NCBI GenBank assembly: GCA_020725405.1
Contig: DYFB01000093.1
Span: 3,183 to 67,182, forward strand
Source: Symbiobacterium sp.
GTDB lineage: Bacteria > Bacillota > Sulfobacillia > UBA995 > UBA9673
Direction: 5' to 3'
Length of the DNA: 64,000 bases
Shown here: positions 19,140 through 29,073 of the stretch, one piece after another
Layout of the letters: every line of letters starts with the position of its first letter
Numbering within the stretch: the first letter of the stretch is position 1
Program-made: the position numbers and the translations under genes
The notes under the pieces: model-generated
The model's database searches: none
What the model saw: only the letters and a program-made list of their open reading frames with translations
What the model was told of the DNA's origin: nothing

Positions 19140-20057
19140 TTAGGGGCGGGGTGTGTCGGAGGAGACGGCCGCCTGGCGCAGGCTCTCGTCCGATGCTTCG
19201 ACTAGGCCGGCGAGATAGGCCGCAAAAGCCGGCCGGATGTCCGGGCGCTTGAGGGCGAACTCCACGTTTGCCTGGAGATAGCCGACCTTATCGCCCACGT
19301 CGTAGCGCCGGCCCTGGAGTTCGCAGGCGAAAACCGGAACCGACGTGTTGAGAACCCTCAGGGCGTCGGTGAGCTGGATCTCTCCGTTCCTCCCGGGTGG
19401 CAGATCAATCAGGACATCGAAAATTGCGGCGTGAAGGAGATACCGGCCGACGATGGCCCAGAGTGACGGGGCCTCGTCGGCCTTCGGCTTCTCGACCAGG
19501 TCAAGAACGCGGAAAAGCCCCTTGGCGCTGGGGCCGGGTTTGACCGAGCCGTAGCGCTCTATCTCCTCCCGGGAGACCTTCCTCACCGCCACGAAGTTGC
19601 CCTCGAACTCGCTTGCCAGGCGCATCATCTGGCCAATGGCCGGGGGATCGGCGTCGAAGATCTCATCTCCTAAAAGGACGGCGAAGGGCTCGCCACCTAC
19701 GTGACGCCGTGCCTGCAGGATGGCGTGGCCCAGGCCGAGAGGCTCCTTCTGCCGGATGAAGTGTATGTCAGCGAGGTCGTGAATGCGACGCAGGGTCCCC
19801 AGGAGGTCCGGCCGCTTCGTGCGCCCGAGAAACTGCTCGAGCTCCAGCGACCGGTCAAAGTGGTCCTCGATAGCTCTCTTGCCGCGTCCGGTAATAATGA
19901 GGATATCCTCTATCCCAGCGGAAACGGCCTCTTCCACCACGAGCTGGATGATCGGAATGTCGACAATGGGAAGCATCTCCTTGGGCTGGGCCTTGGTCGC
20001 CGGCAGAAAGCGTGTGCCCAGGCCCGCCGCCGGAATGACGGCCTTGCGGAGGCGCAC
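19140..20057 (-). CDS. galU: UTP-glucose-1-phosphate uridylyltransferase
   Basis: MRLRKAVIPAAGLGTRFLPATKAQPKEMLPIVDIPIIQLVVEEA is a textbook GalU N-terminus. Confidence 0.9.
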   Translation of the reverse strand: MRLRKAVIPAAGLGTRFLPATKAQPKEMLPIVDIPIIQLVVEEAVSAGIEDILIITGRGKRAIEDHFDRSLELEQFLGRTKRPDLLGTLRRIHDLADIHFIRQKEPLGLGHAILQARRHVGGEPFAVLLGDEIFDADPPAIGQMMRLASEFEGNFVAVRKVSREEIERYGSVKPGPSAKGLFRVLDLVEKPKADEAPSLWAIVGRYLLHAAIFDVLIDLPPGRNGEIQLTDALRVLNTSVPVFACELQGRRYDVGDKVGYLQANVEFALKRPDIRPAFAAYLAGLVEASDESLRQAAVSSDTPRP

Positions 20058-20223
20058 TGCCTTTCCCTCCCTGGGATAATTCGGACATCAAAGCACTGGC
20101 AATACTTACACTTCTCGACCCGGAACACCTTCTTCCGTCACCGTCAGGGCCACGGGCTGTCTCTTTCGGCAGGGACAACCAGACCGGCTGTCGAAAGGGG
20201 CCAGCGAACTGAGGGGTGCTGCT

Positions 20224-21399
20224 TTGAGAATCGGCCTGGCGGTGGGTAAGCCGTTCGGCGGCCTGGGAGCCACGGACCTTCTTGAGTATTCCCTCGCTCT
20301 CGTTGCCCTTGGCCACGAGGTAGTTGTGGCCTGCCCGAGCTCGGCGGTGGACTCGGCCAGGCTCCCCGCGGGGCTGAGCATCCTGGCCGCCGGGATGGCG
20401 ATCTCCGGCAAGAAGAACCCGATCCCCTCCACCGTGCTGGCCTGCCGCCTCGCAGGCCTGCTGCGGACGGCAGGCGGCGATCTGGACGTCCTCCACGAAC
20501 CGGCTTTCCCGGAGTTTGGCTTCCGCCTGGCCCCGCTCGTGCGGGTGCCCTCCGTTCTTGACGTCCGGACCCTACCTGTGAGCTCCGCCGTGGCCCAGCG
20601 GCTGGGAGCGGCGATCCTGCGGGTGCAGCGGAGGCTCTACACCCGGACAGCCGTCATTGATCGGGCTCTCTCACTCACGATCTTCGGTGGATCGTATCCG
20701 GAATTCCCGCTTCCGATCAACACGGATCGCTTCCGCCCGGGCCGGAACGAGCAACTCCGGAACCAGCTCGGGGTCGGGCCACAAGACCTCCTGGGCGTTT
20801 ACGTCGGCTCCATGGCGCCGGTGCGCGGCCTTCCCGTGCTCCTTCAGGCTATCCGGACGGCTACTCGCGAGGGGGCCGACTTCAGATTCCTCTTGGTCGG
20901 GGGGGGCAGGGCGGACCTCCAAGCCCTGGCCGTCGAGGTGGACCGCCTGGGATTGGGCGACAGAGTCCGGTTGGAGGGCTACGTGGATTACGATAAGGTT
21001 CCGGGCTACCTCCAGGCGGCGGACTTCGCTGTCGCCTACGTTCCCCGCCGACCGCAGTTCGAGAGCCAGCCGCCCATAAAGACTCTCGAGTACCTGGCCG
21101 CGGGTCTCCCGACCGTGGCCACGAACACCTCCGGCAATCTTCGTTTCATTCATGACGGGGTTAACGGCCTGGTGAGCGAAGATCGGCCTCAAGCCCTGGG
21201 CGAGGCGCTAGCCCGGGTGGTCAAGGACCCGGAGCTCAGGGCGAGGCTCAGCTCTAACGCGCGGGCATCAGTGATGGAATGGGACGCAAAGCGAGTGGCG
21301 GCCGATCGTCTGGTGCCCGTCTACCGCGAGGCTATCGCTTCGTTCAGGAAGACGGCGCCGCAACCCTCTTCAGGAGCTGCCAGGCAAAGAGGACCATGA
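20224..21399 (+). CDS. Glycosyltransferase family 4
   Basis: GT4 C-terminal motif EYLAAGLPTVATNTSGNLRFIHDGVNGLV. TTG start after gagggg. Confidence 0.85.
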   Translation: MRIGLAVGKPFGGLGATDLLEYSLALVALGHEVVVACPSSAVDSARLPAGLSILAAGMAISGKKNPIPSTVLACRLAGLLRTAGGDLDVLHEPAFPEFGFRLAPLVRVPSVLDVRTLPVSSAVAQRLGAAILRVQRRLYTRTAVIDRALSLTIFGGSYPEFPLPINTDRFRPGRNEQLRNQLGVGPQDLLGVYVGSMAPVRGLPVLLQAIRTATREGADFRFLLVGGGRADLQALAVEVDRLGLGDRVRLEGYVDYDKVPGYLQAADFAVAYVPRRPQFESQPPIKTLEYLAAGLPTVATNTSGNLRFIHDGVNGLVSEDRPQALGEALARVVKDPELRARLSSNARASVMEWDAKRVAADRLVPVYREAIASFRKTAPQPSSGAARQRGP

Positions 21400-22168
21400 A
21401 CCGCGGATTGTGTATGAGGTAGCGTCGCCAGAGGCGTCTGGGTTCGGTAAGGAGCCGAAAGAGCCACTCGAGCCCGCTCTCCCGCATCCATCTTGGCGCC
21501 TGAGGCTTGGATCCGGTCAGGAAGTCTAAGGCTGCACCCACCCCGAGCATGACGGCGGAGATGCTACCCACGTGGGCCGCCATCCACCGTTCCTGCTTCG
21601 GGCAACCTAACCCGACGAACAGGATTCGGGCGCCGGAAGACTGGATTCTCTCGACGAGGTCGCCGTCCTCTTGGGCCGTCAGCGGTCGGAAAGGAGGGCT
21701 TTCAGCGAAGGCGATAGTGAGGCCGGGGAAGCGGTGAGAGAGAGTTGTCACCAACCGCTCGAGCACCTGTGGGTGCCCGCCGTAGAGGCCTATAGGCACC
21801 CCGTCCGCGGCGGCGAGGTCGCAGACAGCCAGGACGAGTTCAGGGCCGTAAACCCGGGTGGCATGGCCTACTCCCAGGCATCTCAGGGCCCATACCAGGG
21901 GCATACCGTCCGGGGTCACCAATTCGGCTTTATTGACGATTTCCCGGAAGTCCCGGCTATCCACGGCTTCCATAACCATATGGACGTTGGCGACGCAGAT
22001 GTAGCGGGACTCGTGCCGTCCGGCCAGCGACAGGACCTCACGGGCGGTCGCGGAGTAGCTGGTTGCGTCAACCCGCGTTCCCAGGACGTAGCGAGAGGAG
22101 ACCGGTTCGCGTCCCGGCTGGAGTTGTCCGTCTGGCCCGAACCTCGACTCTTTTGGGGCTGCGCTCAT
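21344..22168 (-). CDS. WecG/TagA/CpsF-family glycosyltransferase (GT26)
   Basis: ILFVGLGCPKQERWMAAH and LEWLFRLLTEPRRLWRRYLIHNPRFMVL are GT26 signatures. Its 3' end overlaps the convergent GT4 by 56 nt. Confidence 0.85.
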   Translation of the reverse strand: MSAAPKESRFGPDGQLQPGREPVSSRYVLGTRVDATSYSATAREVLSLAGRHESRYICVANVHMVMEAVDSRDFREIVNKAELVTPDGMPLVWALRCLGVGHATRVYGPELVLAVCDLAAADGVPIGLYGGHPQVLERLVTTLSHRFPGLTIAFAESPPFRPLTAQEDGDLVERIQSSGARILFVGLGCPKQERWMAAHVGSISAVMLGVGAALDFLTGSKPQAPRWMRESGLEWLFRLLTEPRRLWRRYLIHNPRFMVLFAWQLLKRVAAPSS

Positions 22169-22229
22169 GGCTGTTCCTCTCTTAGAAACCGAAGTGCGGT
22201 CATTCTGGGTGATGGAGACAGGCGGCGCG

Positions 22230-23228
22230 TCAGGAGTCCCTCTTCCTGTTGTTGCGCTCCCTCGACCGTCTTACCGCAAGATCGTAGATGTCTTGCAGCG
22301 TCTCGTAGTTCTGCTCGGCGCCGTACTTGGCCAGAAACCGCAGGCGCGCCGTCTTCCCCATCTCAGCGACATCGGCGGGGTGCGAGAAGACCCATCGAAC
22401 CCTATCGGCGAGGTCTTCTGAGTCTCCCGGTTCACAGAGGAGACCAGTCACGCCGTCCTCCACTATCTCGGCCATGGCCCCCAATCGGCTGGCAACGACA
22501 GGCAACCCTGCGGCGAAGGCCTCTACGAGAACCCTGAGGAAGGTCTCATACCAAACGGAAGGCGCGATAAGGTTCTTCGCCTCTTTCATCAGGGACTGGA
22601 CTTGCAGGGGCGTGACGGGTCCCAGGAGATGGACGGCCGGCCTTCCGGCCCTCCATTCCCGCAGCCTCCCCTCCAGCGGGCCGGTTCCGGCTATCTTGAG
22701 GGGAACCCTCGCCCCCAGCTTGTCCCACGCCCTCATCAAAGTCTCCAGCCGCTTCTCCGGCGATAGACGACCGACAAAGAGGGCAAACCCCCCTCCACGG
22801 ACCCCGGGACCCGGGTCCGGATGCACGAAGTTCGGCTTGACGACGATCCGATCCGGCGGGAGCCCTCCAGCGACAAATTTGCCCCTCCCGTGCTCCGTCA
22901 GAGCTATGTAGACATCGATCATCCTGGTCCACGTGCCGAAAAGAGGATGCACGGCGACCATACCAGCAGCCACGGCCGTGGCCGCTCCGCTCTCCCGGTA
23001 GCAGCGATGCAGCAGGGCCGGCCAAGCAACAGACCGGCCCACGCAGTCCTCGCAGGGTCGATACTGCCTGAGAAGCATAGCTCCGGGGCAGAGAAGGCGG
23101 AAGTTGTGGAGAGTCTGCACTACCGCCACCCCTGCTTCGCGGCACGCGTAGTAGGCCGACGGCGAGATGAGGGGAAAGGTGTAAACACAGTGGTTCCCTT
23201 TTCGGTTGACACGAGCACCCGAGGACAA
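22230..23228 (-). CDS. Glycosyltransferase family 4, apparently N-terminally truncated (possible pseudogene)
   Basis: C-terminal motif FAAGLPVVASRLGAMAEIVEDGVTGLLCEPGD and mid-domain HNFRLLCPGAML..PCEDC. The only start is a TTG with no SD. The frame is closed upstream. About 40-60 aa of the usual GT4 N-terminus are missing. Confidence 0.6.
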   Translation of the reverse strand: MSSGARVNRKGNHCVYTFPLISPSAYYACREAGVAVVQTLHNFRLLCPGAMLLRQYRPCEDCVGRSVAWPALLHRCYRESGAATAVAAGMVAVHPLFGTWTRMIDVYIALTEHGRGKFVAGGLPPDRIVVKPNFVHPDPGPGVRGGGFALFVGRLSPEKRLETLMRAWDKLGARVPLKIAGTGPLEGRLREWRAGRPAVHLLGPVTPLQVQSLMKEAKNLIAPSVWYETFLRVLVEAFAAGLPVVASRLGAMAEIVEDGVTGLLCEPGDSEDLADRVRWVFSHPADVAEMGKTARLRFLAKYGAEQNYETLQDIYDLAVRRSRERNNRKRDS

Positions 23229-23460
23229 GGACCGCCTGAAAACTCGCGAGGATCTCCGTCCTGAATTCGCGCAGCCGATCAGCTCGGTAGGCCCCGAAAA
23301 GGTATAGCAGAAGGAGCAAGGCGGCGGTGTAAACGGGGAGGACCCACTCCGGCCCCACCCGGAAGAGCTCGCGCCTGGGTAGCCACACCTCCCCGTACCT
23401 CAGGTAGGCCCCGAGAATCCAGGCCAGGAGGGCTGCGCCTGCGTCTATGGCGGCGGTCAT
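23196..23460 (-). pseudogene. 5' fragment of a second WbaP-like priming phosphotransferase (N-terminal TM region only), out of frame with and running into the truncated GT4
   Basis: MTAAIDAGAALLAWILGAYLRYGEVWLPRRELFRVGPEWVLPVYTAALLLLLYLFGAYRADRLREFRTEILASFQAVLVL is colinear with the N-terminus of the 12211 gene (MAVALGDLATIHAGFLTAFVLRFHG..LLALVLLLSYGLYDLRPRSW). The frame then degenerates into junk. No Bac_transf domain follows. Confidence 0.5.
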
Positions 23461-23605
23461 GGAGCGGTAGAGCATCAGGCTTGAACGAAAGGACACGTCT
23501 TCGCGGGGCTCCCGGATAGCGGAATCGCCTGGACTCGTCACATCCCTATGGGACAATAGCTCTTTCGGCAAGGCTCGCGGGAAGTCCTCCCAAATCGACC
23601 GGTCC

Positions 23606-24883
23606 TTACTTCCTCCGACCGGTCTCCGTTTGGGATTTCGACCCAAGCCGACAAACCAGCGGAAGGCCCAGCGCCGCAGCAAGCATTGCGGCGTAGCGCA
23701 TGTCCCAGAGGGTAAAGTCGACCAGGCCCTGCACAAGAAAGCCGGCCAGAGCCGCGGCCACTCCCGCCGCGATGGGCTGCGTCCGCGCGAGCCCTCTCAC
23801 CTCTCTCACAAGCGCGAGAGCCAACATGGCAGCCGCCAGGCAGCCGGCGAGCCCCAATCCGGCTAGAAGCTCGAGATAGAGGCTGTGACTGTGGTACACG
23901 GTCAGGCCCAGCGTCTCCTGCAGGACCCCTCCCGGGTTCATATACCCTACGCCCATCCCTGGCCTTGCGGTGAAGAGGTCTATCGCGCCGCGCCATACGG
24001 CCAGACGGAAGCTGTTGGTGGCGTAGCTGGGGTCGAGGAAGCGCCCGATGGGCCGACCGGCAAGCGTAAGGACGAAGGCAAGGGGCACGGACAGAGCCAG
24101 AGCAAGACCGACCGCCACGTACCGCGCGCGAGGACCCAGACGAGCGCCCCCGAGAAGCCAGGCGAGAACCACGGTTACGGCCACGAGGGAAAGAAAGGCT
24201 CCCCGCGATCCGGTCATCCCGATGGCCGCAAACCCCAGGACGACCGTGCCGGCGCAGGAAGCGATGCGCGCCCAGCCCCGCGTGATGGACCATAGCAGGC
24301 CGACCGTGACCGCCACGGCGAGAGATATCGACGCTCCAAGGACGGCATCGTGACCAAAAGGGGCTGCGACCCGGACGACGCCGATGCAGTACTGCCAGTA
24401 CGTGAGGGTTAGAATGCTCGCGAGGCTCACGGCGACCATGCCGCCGAACGTTCGGATGTCGCTCTCGTTATCCAGAGAGGCCAGAGTCAGGCAGAAGAAC
24501 CCGAATCCAAGGGCCAGCTCGGCCACCTTCCTCAGGCCATACCAGGCCTCTGGCGCACTTACTAGTGATGCGAACGCGACGGCGACGAATACCGCGTACC
24601 ACAAAAGGACACTTCGGCCTCGCTCCCGAAGGCGCCGCAGGCGGCCGGTTACCAGCGCGGTCAAAAGCAGAAGAGGAACGATAACGACGGTTGAGGAGAG
24701 GGGTAACCCCTCCCCCCTGAGGGCGAAGGTCGCCCGCCACTCCAAGGGGGACAGGAAGAAGGCGATACCCGTAGCCAGGGCTGGTCGCTTTGTGTAGAGC
24801 AGGGCCAGTCCGAGGGCTGCCACCCCGGCCGTTATAAGAAACGACCCGGGTGAAGCCTCAATAGGCAAAAGCGTTGGATCCAA
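23606..24883 (-). CDS. Third O-antigen ligase / Wzy_C-family membrane protein
   Basis: Motifs GMTGSRGAFLSLVAVTVV, NSFRLAVWRGAIDLF and HSHSLYLELLAGLGLAG. About 10-12 TM helices. Confidence 0.8.
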   Translation of the reverse strand: MDPTLLPIEASPGSFLITAGVAALGLALLYTKRPALATGIAFFLSPLEWRATFALRGEGLPLSSTVVIVPLLLLTALVTGRLRRLRERGRSVLLWYAVFVAVAFASLVSAPEAWYGLRKVAELALGFGFFCLTLASLDNESDIRTFGGMVAVSLASILTLTYWQYCIGVVRVAAPFGHDAVLGASISLAVAVTVGLLWSITRGWARIASCAGTVVLGFAAIGMTGSRGAFLSLVAVTVVLAWLLGGARLGPRARYVAVGLALALSVPLAFVLTLAGRPIGRFLDPSYATNSFRLAVWRGAIDLFTARPGMGVGYMNPGGVLQETLGLTVYHSHSLYLELLAGLGLAGCLAAAMLALALVREVRGLARTQPIAAGVAAALAGFLVQGLVDFTLWDMRYAAMLAAALGLPLVCRLGSKSQTETGRRK

Positions 24884-25124
24884 CGCTCACCCACCGTCCC
24901 GGCGGTGCGAACTCCCCTGGCCTGGAGACAATGCAACAGCGGGTAGTTCAGCGGATGGCGGAGACATCCTGCCTCAGGGGCCGGATCTTGGTTCCGGCCG
25001 GCTCATACGGAGGAACCCCGGAGGTGTCCGCGAAACTTGTCGGCGATCTCTCCGCTGACTACCTACCGCTCCTGGCTTTCCTCGCCGGGCAGCTCCTGCC
25101 GGGACGGTGAGGAGGAAAGGCTAG

Positions 25125-26171
25125 ATGCCGAAGGCGCTCATCACCGGGATAACCGGTCAAGACGGCTCCTATTTGGCCGAGTTGCTCTTGAGTAAGGGTT
25201 ATGAAGTTCACGGGATAATCCGCCGCGCCTCCATCTTCAACACGGAGCGGATTGACCACCTCTACGTGGACCCCCACGAGCCGCAAGCCCGGCTGTTCCT
25301 GCACTACGGGGACCTGACCGAAGCGACCGTCCTTCGGCGCATCCTCGAGCGCGTTCAGCCCGACGAGGTTTACCATCTTGGGGCGCAGTCCCACGTCAAG
25401 GTCTCCTTCGAGGAGCCGGAGTATACCGGGGACGTGGTGGCCCTGGGAACCCTGAGGCTGCTGGAGTCGCTTCGCGACTACTCCGCTCGAACGGAACGCC
25501 CGGTGCGGATATATCAGGCCGGTTCGTCGGAGATGTTCGGCAGTTCTCCTCCGCCGCAGAACGAAAGGACGCCCTTTCACCCGCGAAGTCCTTACGCCGC
25601 AAGCAAGGTCGCCGCTTACTGGTACGCCGTGAACTACCGCGAAGCATACGGGATGTTCATCTCGAACGGCATCCTCTTCAACCATGAGTCGCCTCGCCGG
25701 GGGGAGACCTTTGTCACCCGCAAGATCACCAGAGCGGCGACCCGGATCAAGCTCGGGCTGCAGGAGAAGCTCTACCTCGGCAACCTCGAGGCCAGGCGGG
25801 ACTGGGGGTTCGCCGGGGACTTCGTCGAAGCGATGTGGCTGATGCTCCAGCAGCCGGAGCCCGACGACTTTGTAATCGCCACGGGAGAGTCCCATTCGGT
25901 GCGCGAGTTCGTCGAGGCCGCCTTCTCCCGGCTCGATCTCGACTGGCAACGACATGTGGAGATCGACCCCCGGTACCTGCGACCGGCCGAAGTGGACTAC
26001 TTGCAGGGGGACGCAACCAAGGCCGCAGCCGTTCTCGCCTGGCGGCCGAGGGTCACCTTCGAAGGACTGGTCGAGATGATGGTTGAGCATGACCTCGAGC
26101 TCGCCCGACAAGAGCTCACTCTGCGTAATGCCGGCCATCGCTCCACCCAGCGAGGGGCGGTCACCAGGTGA
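25125..26171 (+). CDS. gmd: GDP-mannose 4,6-dehydratase
   Basis: [34 protein letters not shown] and full-length GMD colinearity. SD ggaggaaagg. Confidence 0.95.
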   Translation: MPKALITGITGQDGSYLAELLLSKGYEVHGIIRRASIFNTERIDHLYVDPHEPQARLFLHYGDLTEATVLRRILERVQPDEVYHLGAQSHVKVSFEEPEYTGDVVALGTLRLLESLRDYSARTERPVRIYQAGSSEMFGSSPPPQNERTPFHPRSPYAASKVAAYWYAVNYREAYGMFISNGILFNHESPRRGETFVTRKITRAATRIKLGLQEKLYLGNLEARRDWGFAGDFVEAMWLMLQQPEPDDFVIATGESHSVREFVEAAFSRLDLDWQRHVEIDPRYLRPAEVDYLQGDATKAAAVLAWRPRVTFEGLVEMMVEHDLELARQELTLRNAGHRSTQRGAVTR

Positions 26172-27181
26172 AGCGCGATGGAAACGCCCCCCGACACCAG
26201 ACCATCGGGCTTGAGGACAAGGTCTATATAGCTGGACACCGCGGGCTCGTGGGTTCGGCGCTGACCCGGCGTCTCACCCGGGAAGGGTTCAAGAACCTTA
26301 TCCTCCGAACGAGACAAGAGCTGGACCTTGCCGACCAAAGGGCCGTGGACGCCTTCTTCCGGAAGGAGCGCCCTGATTACGTCTTCCTGGCCGCGGCCAG
26401 GGTGGGAGGGATCCTGGCTAACCACACTCGACCGGCCGAATTCATTATGGAAAATTTGGCCATAGCGGTTAACGTCATTGGCGCCGCCCACCGCTCCGAA
26501 GTGAAGAAGCTCCTCTTTCTCGGCAGCTCGTGCATCTACCCCAGGCACTGCCCCCAGCCGATAAAGGAGGACTACCTTCTGACCGGGTCACTGGAGCCCA
26601 CCAACGAGCCCTACGCGGTGGCCAAGATTGCGGGCATCCATCTCTGCCAGGCGTACAACCGGCAGTACGGTACCCGCTACATATGCGCGATGCCGGCCAA
26701 CCTCTACGGCCCCGGCGACAACTTCGATCTCGAGACGAGCCACGTCCTGCCCGCGCTCATCCGCCGGTTCCATGAAGCCAAGACGGCAGGAGCGGCCGCC
26801 GTGACCGTGTGGGGAACCGGAACCCCCCGCCGCGAGTTCCTCCATGTGGATGACCTTGCCGACGCCTGTCTCTTCCTCATGAGGGAGTACGACGACCCGG
26901 CGATTATCAACGTGGGCGTGGGCGAGGACCTCTCCATCCGGGAGCTCGCCGAGCTGGTTGCCGAGGTGGTGGGCTATCAGGGCCGCCTCGTCTTCGATCC
27001 TTCGAAGCCTGACGGGACGCCCCGCAAACTCCTCGACGTCTCCCGACTGAGCCGGCTTGGCTGGAGAGCGAGCATCCCGCTCAGGGAGGGCATCGAGCAG
27101 ACCTATCGCTGGTACCTGGCCAATTTCGCCGGTCACGCGCCCCATTCGGCCGGTAGCCGTGAGGATACGGTGAAAGGCTAG
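26168..27181 (+). CDS. fcl: GDP-L-fucose synthase (GDP-4-keto-6-deoxy-D-mannose 3,5-epimerase/4-reductase)
   Basis: [19 protein letters not shown]...[16 protein letters not shown]. Start overlaps the gmd stop. Confidence 0.95.
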   Translation: MKRDGNAPRHQTIGLEDKVYIAGHRGLVGSALTRRLTREGFKNLILRTRQELDLADQRAVDAFFRKERPDYVFLAAARVGGILANHTRPAEFIMENLAIAVNVIGAAHRSEVKKLLFLGSSCIYPRHCPQPIKEDYLLTGSLEPTNEPYAVAKIAGIHLCQAYNRQYGTRYICAMPANLYGPGDNFDLETSHVLPALIRRFHEAKTAGAAAVTVWGTGTPRREFLHVDDLADACLFLMREYDDPAIINVGVGEDLSIRELAELVAEVVGYQGRLVFDPSKPDGTPRKLLDVSRLSRLGWRASIPLREGIEQTYRWYLANFAGHAPHSAGSREDTVKG

Positions 27182-27208
27182 CCGTGGGGTGGATTGGGGG
27201 AGTCGGAG

Positions 27209-28501
27209 ATGCCTGCAGCCGGAAAGGGGATCGGAGCCTTCAAGCCCCCCGGCCTCGCGGCCGAGGGTGAACGTCGCATCGCCTGGGCCTGGGCCGACAT
27301 GCCGGTCCTGAGGTCGATAAGGGAGGCCTGGGCGCGGACGCGACCCCTCGCCGGACTCCGGGTGGGGGCTTGTCTCCACGTCACCACCGAGACGGCCAAC
27401 CTCGTCCTGACCCTCAAGGAAGGCGGCGCCGAGGTCGCCCTCTGCGCCTCCAACCCCCTCAGCACCCAGGACGACGTGGCCGCCGCCCTGAGCCTGTCCC
27501 ACGGCATCCCGACCTACGCCGTGCGCGGCGAGGACCGGGAGAGCTATTACCGCCACATCGCAGCCGTCCTGGCCACGGCTCCCGACTTCACCCTGGACGA
27601 CGGGGCCGATCTCGTGACAACCCTCCACCAGGAGCGCCCCGAGCTCATCGCTGCTGGCCCCGGCGCTCCCGGAGTCCGGGCCGGCACAGAGGAGACGACC
27701 ACGGGGGTCATCCGTCTCCGGGCCATGGCCGCCGACGGGGCCCTCCGCTACCCGATCGTCGCCGTCAACGACGCCCGGACCAAGCACTGGTTCGACAACC
27801 GCTACGGGACCGGCCAGTCCACCATCGACGGCCTCCTCCGGGCCACCAACCGCCTTATCGCCGGGTCGGTCTTCGTCGTCGCCGGTTACGGCTGGGTGGG
27901 CCGCGGTATCGCCGCCCGGGCCCAGGGGATGGGCGCCCGCGTCTACGTGGTCGAGGCCGACCCCCTGCGGGCCCTTGAGGCGGCCATGGACGGCTTCCAC
28001 GTCACGGACATGGAAGGGGCCGCGCCCGTGGGCGACTTCTTCGTGACCGCCACCGGGAACGTGAGCGTCATCGACGTCCCGCACTTCGAGAAGATGAAGG
28101 ACGGGGCCGTCCTGGCCAACGCCGGGCACTTCAACGTGGAGATAAACCTCCAGGGCCTGGCCGGCCTGGCCGAGGAGGTGCGGGAGGTCCGCCGCGAGGT
28201 TAGGGAATACCGGCTCCCGGGCGGCCGCCGCCTCTACCTCGTCGCCGAGGGTCGTCTGGTGAACCTGGCTGCGGCCGAGGGGCACCCGGCCGCCGTCATG
28301 GACCTGAGTTTCGCCAACCAGGCCCTGGTCCTCGAGTGGCTGGCCGCGGGAGCGACCCTCGCTCCCGGCGTCCACGCGGTCCCGGAGGAGATCGACCGCC
28401 GCGTGGCCGAGCTCAAGCTGGCCAGCCTGGGAATGAGGGTCCAGCGCCTGAGCGACCGCCAGAAGGAGTACCTCGCGGGCTGGCAGGAAGGAACGGAGTA
28501 G
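27209..28501 (+). CDS. ahcY: Adenosylhomocysteinase (S-adenosyl-L-homocysteine hydrolase)
   Basis: GIPTYAVRGEDRESYY, NAD-binding VVAGYGWVGRGIA and NAGHFNVEI. ATG start 6 nt after gggggag (MPAAGK...). Confidence 0.95.
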   Translation: MPAAGKGIGAFKPPGLAAEGERRIAWAWADMPVLRSIREAWARTRPLAGLRVGACLHVTTETANLVLTLKEGGAEVALCASNPLSTQDDVAAALSLSHGIPTYAVRGEDRESYYRHIAAVLATAPDFTLDDGADLVTTLHQERPELIAAGPGAPGVRAGTEETTTGVIRLRAMAADGALRYPIVAVNDARTKHWFDNRYGTGQSTIDGLLRATNRLIAGSVFVVAGYGWVGRGIAARAQGMGARVYVVEADPLRALEAAMDGFHVTDMEGAAPVGDFFVTATGNVSVIDVPHFEKMKDGAVLANAGHFNVEINLQGLAGLAEEVREVRREVREYRLPGGRRLYLVAEGRLVNLAAAEGHPAAVMDLSFANQALVLEWLAAGATLAPGVHAVPEEIDRRVAELKLASLGMRVQRLSDRQKEYLAGWQEGTE

Positions 28502-28554
28502 AGGGCGAACGCGCCGGGCGGAACCTGACTCCGCGCCGGAACGGAGCCGCGACA

Positions 28555-29019
28555 GTGCTCGATTTCGCCAAGGCCCTGCCGCCCGAGCTGCACGTGCTCA
28601 TCGTGGCCGCCATACCCGTCATCGAGCTCCGGGGGGCCATCCCCCTCGGCCTGCATCTGGGCCTACCTCCGCTCGAGGCCCTGGGTCTGGCCTGGGCCGG
28701 CACGCTCGCCCCGATACCGCTTCTCTATCACCTACTCCTCCCGGGAGTCGCTCTCCTCAAGCGGACCCGGCTGCTAAGGCGCGTCACCGTGGCCTACGTC
28801 ACCCGCTCCGAGAGACAGAGCCTCCGCATCAAGAGGTACGGCCTACCCGGCCTGATCCTGTTCGTGTCCATCCCCTTTCCGGTGACAGGGGCCTGGACCG
28901 GCTGTCTCATCGCTCTCCTCCTCGGCTACTCCCTCCGGAAGACCATGTTCGCTATCGGCGTCGGCAGCCTCGTCGCCGGGGTTATCGTGACCGGGCTCGC
29001 GCGCCTGGCTGTCGGCTGA
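28555..29019 (+). CDS. Small polytopic membrane protein (COG2426 / small multidrug-export-like family)
   Basis: VLDFAKALPPELHVLIVAAIPVIELRGAIPLGL... with 4-5 TM segments. The ORF-track N-terminus at 28336 overlaps ahcY in another frame, so I rejected it and chose the in-frame GTG at 28555. Confidence 0.55.
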   Translation: MLDFAKALPPELHVLIVAAIPVIELRGAIPLGLHLGLPPLEALGLAWAGTLAPIPLLYHLLLPGVALLKRTRLLRRVTVAYVTRSERQSLRIKRYGLPGLILFVSIPFPVTGAWTGCLIALLLGYSLRKTMFAIGVGSLVAGVIVTGLARLAVG

Positions 29020-29073
29020 GGCGGGGACCGGCGGGCGGCCCGCCCGCCCCGGGGCCGCCTGACCCACCAGGCG

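Noticed and set aside
28336-28554. N-terminal 73 codons of the ORF-track model 28336..29019.
   Set aside because: This segment overlaps the ahcY 3' end in another frame and is Arg/Pro-rich. The conserved membrane-protein sequence starts at the in-frame GTG at 28555.
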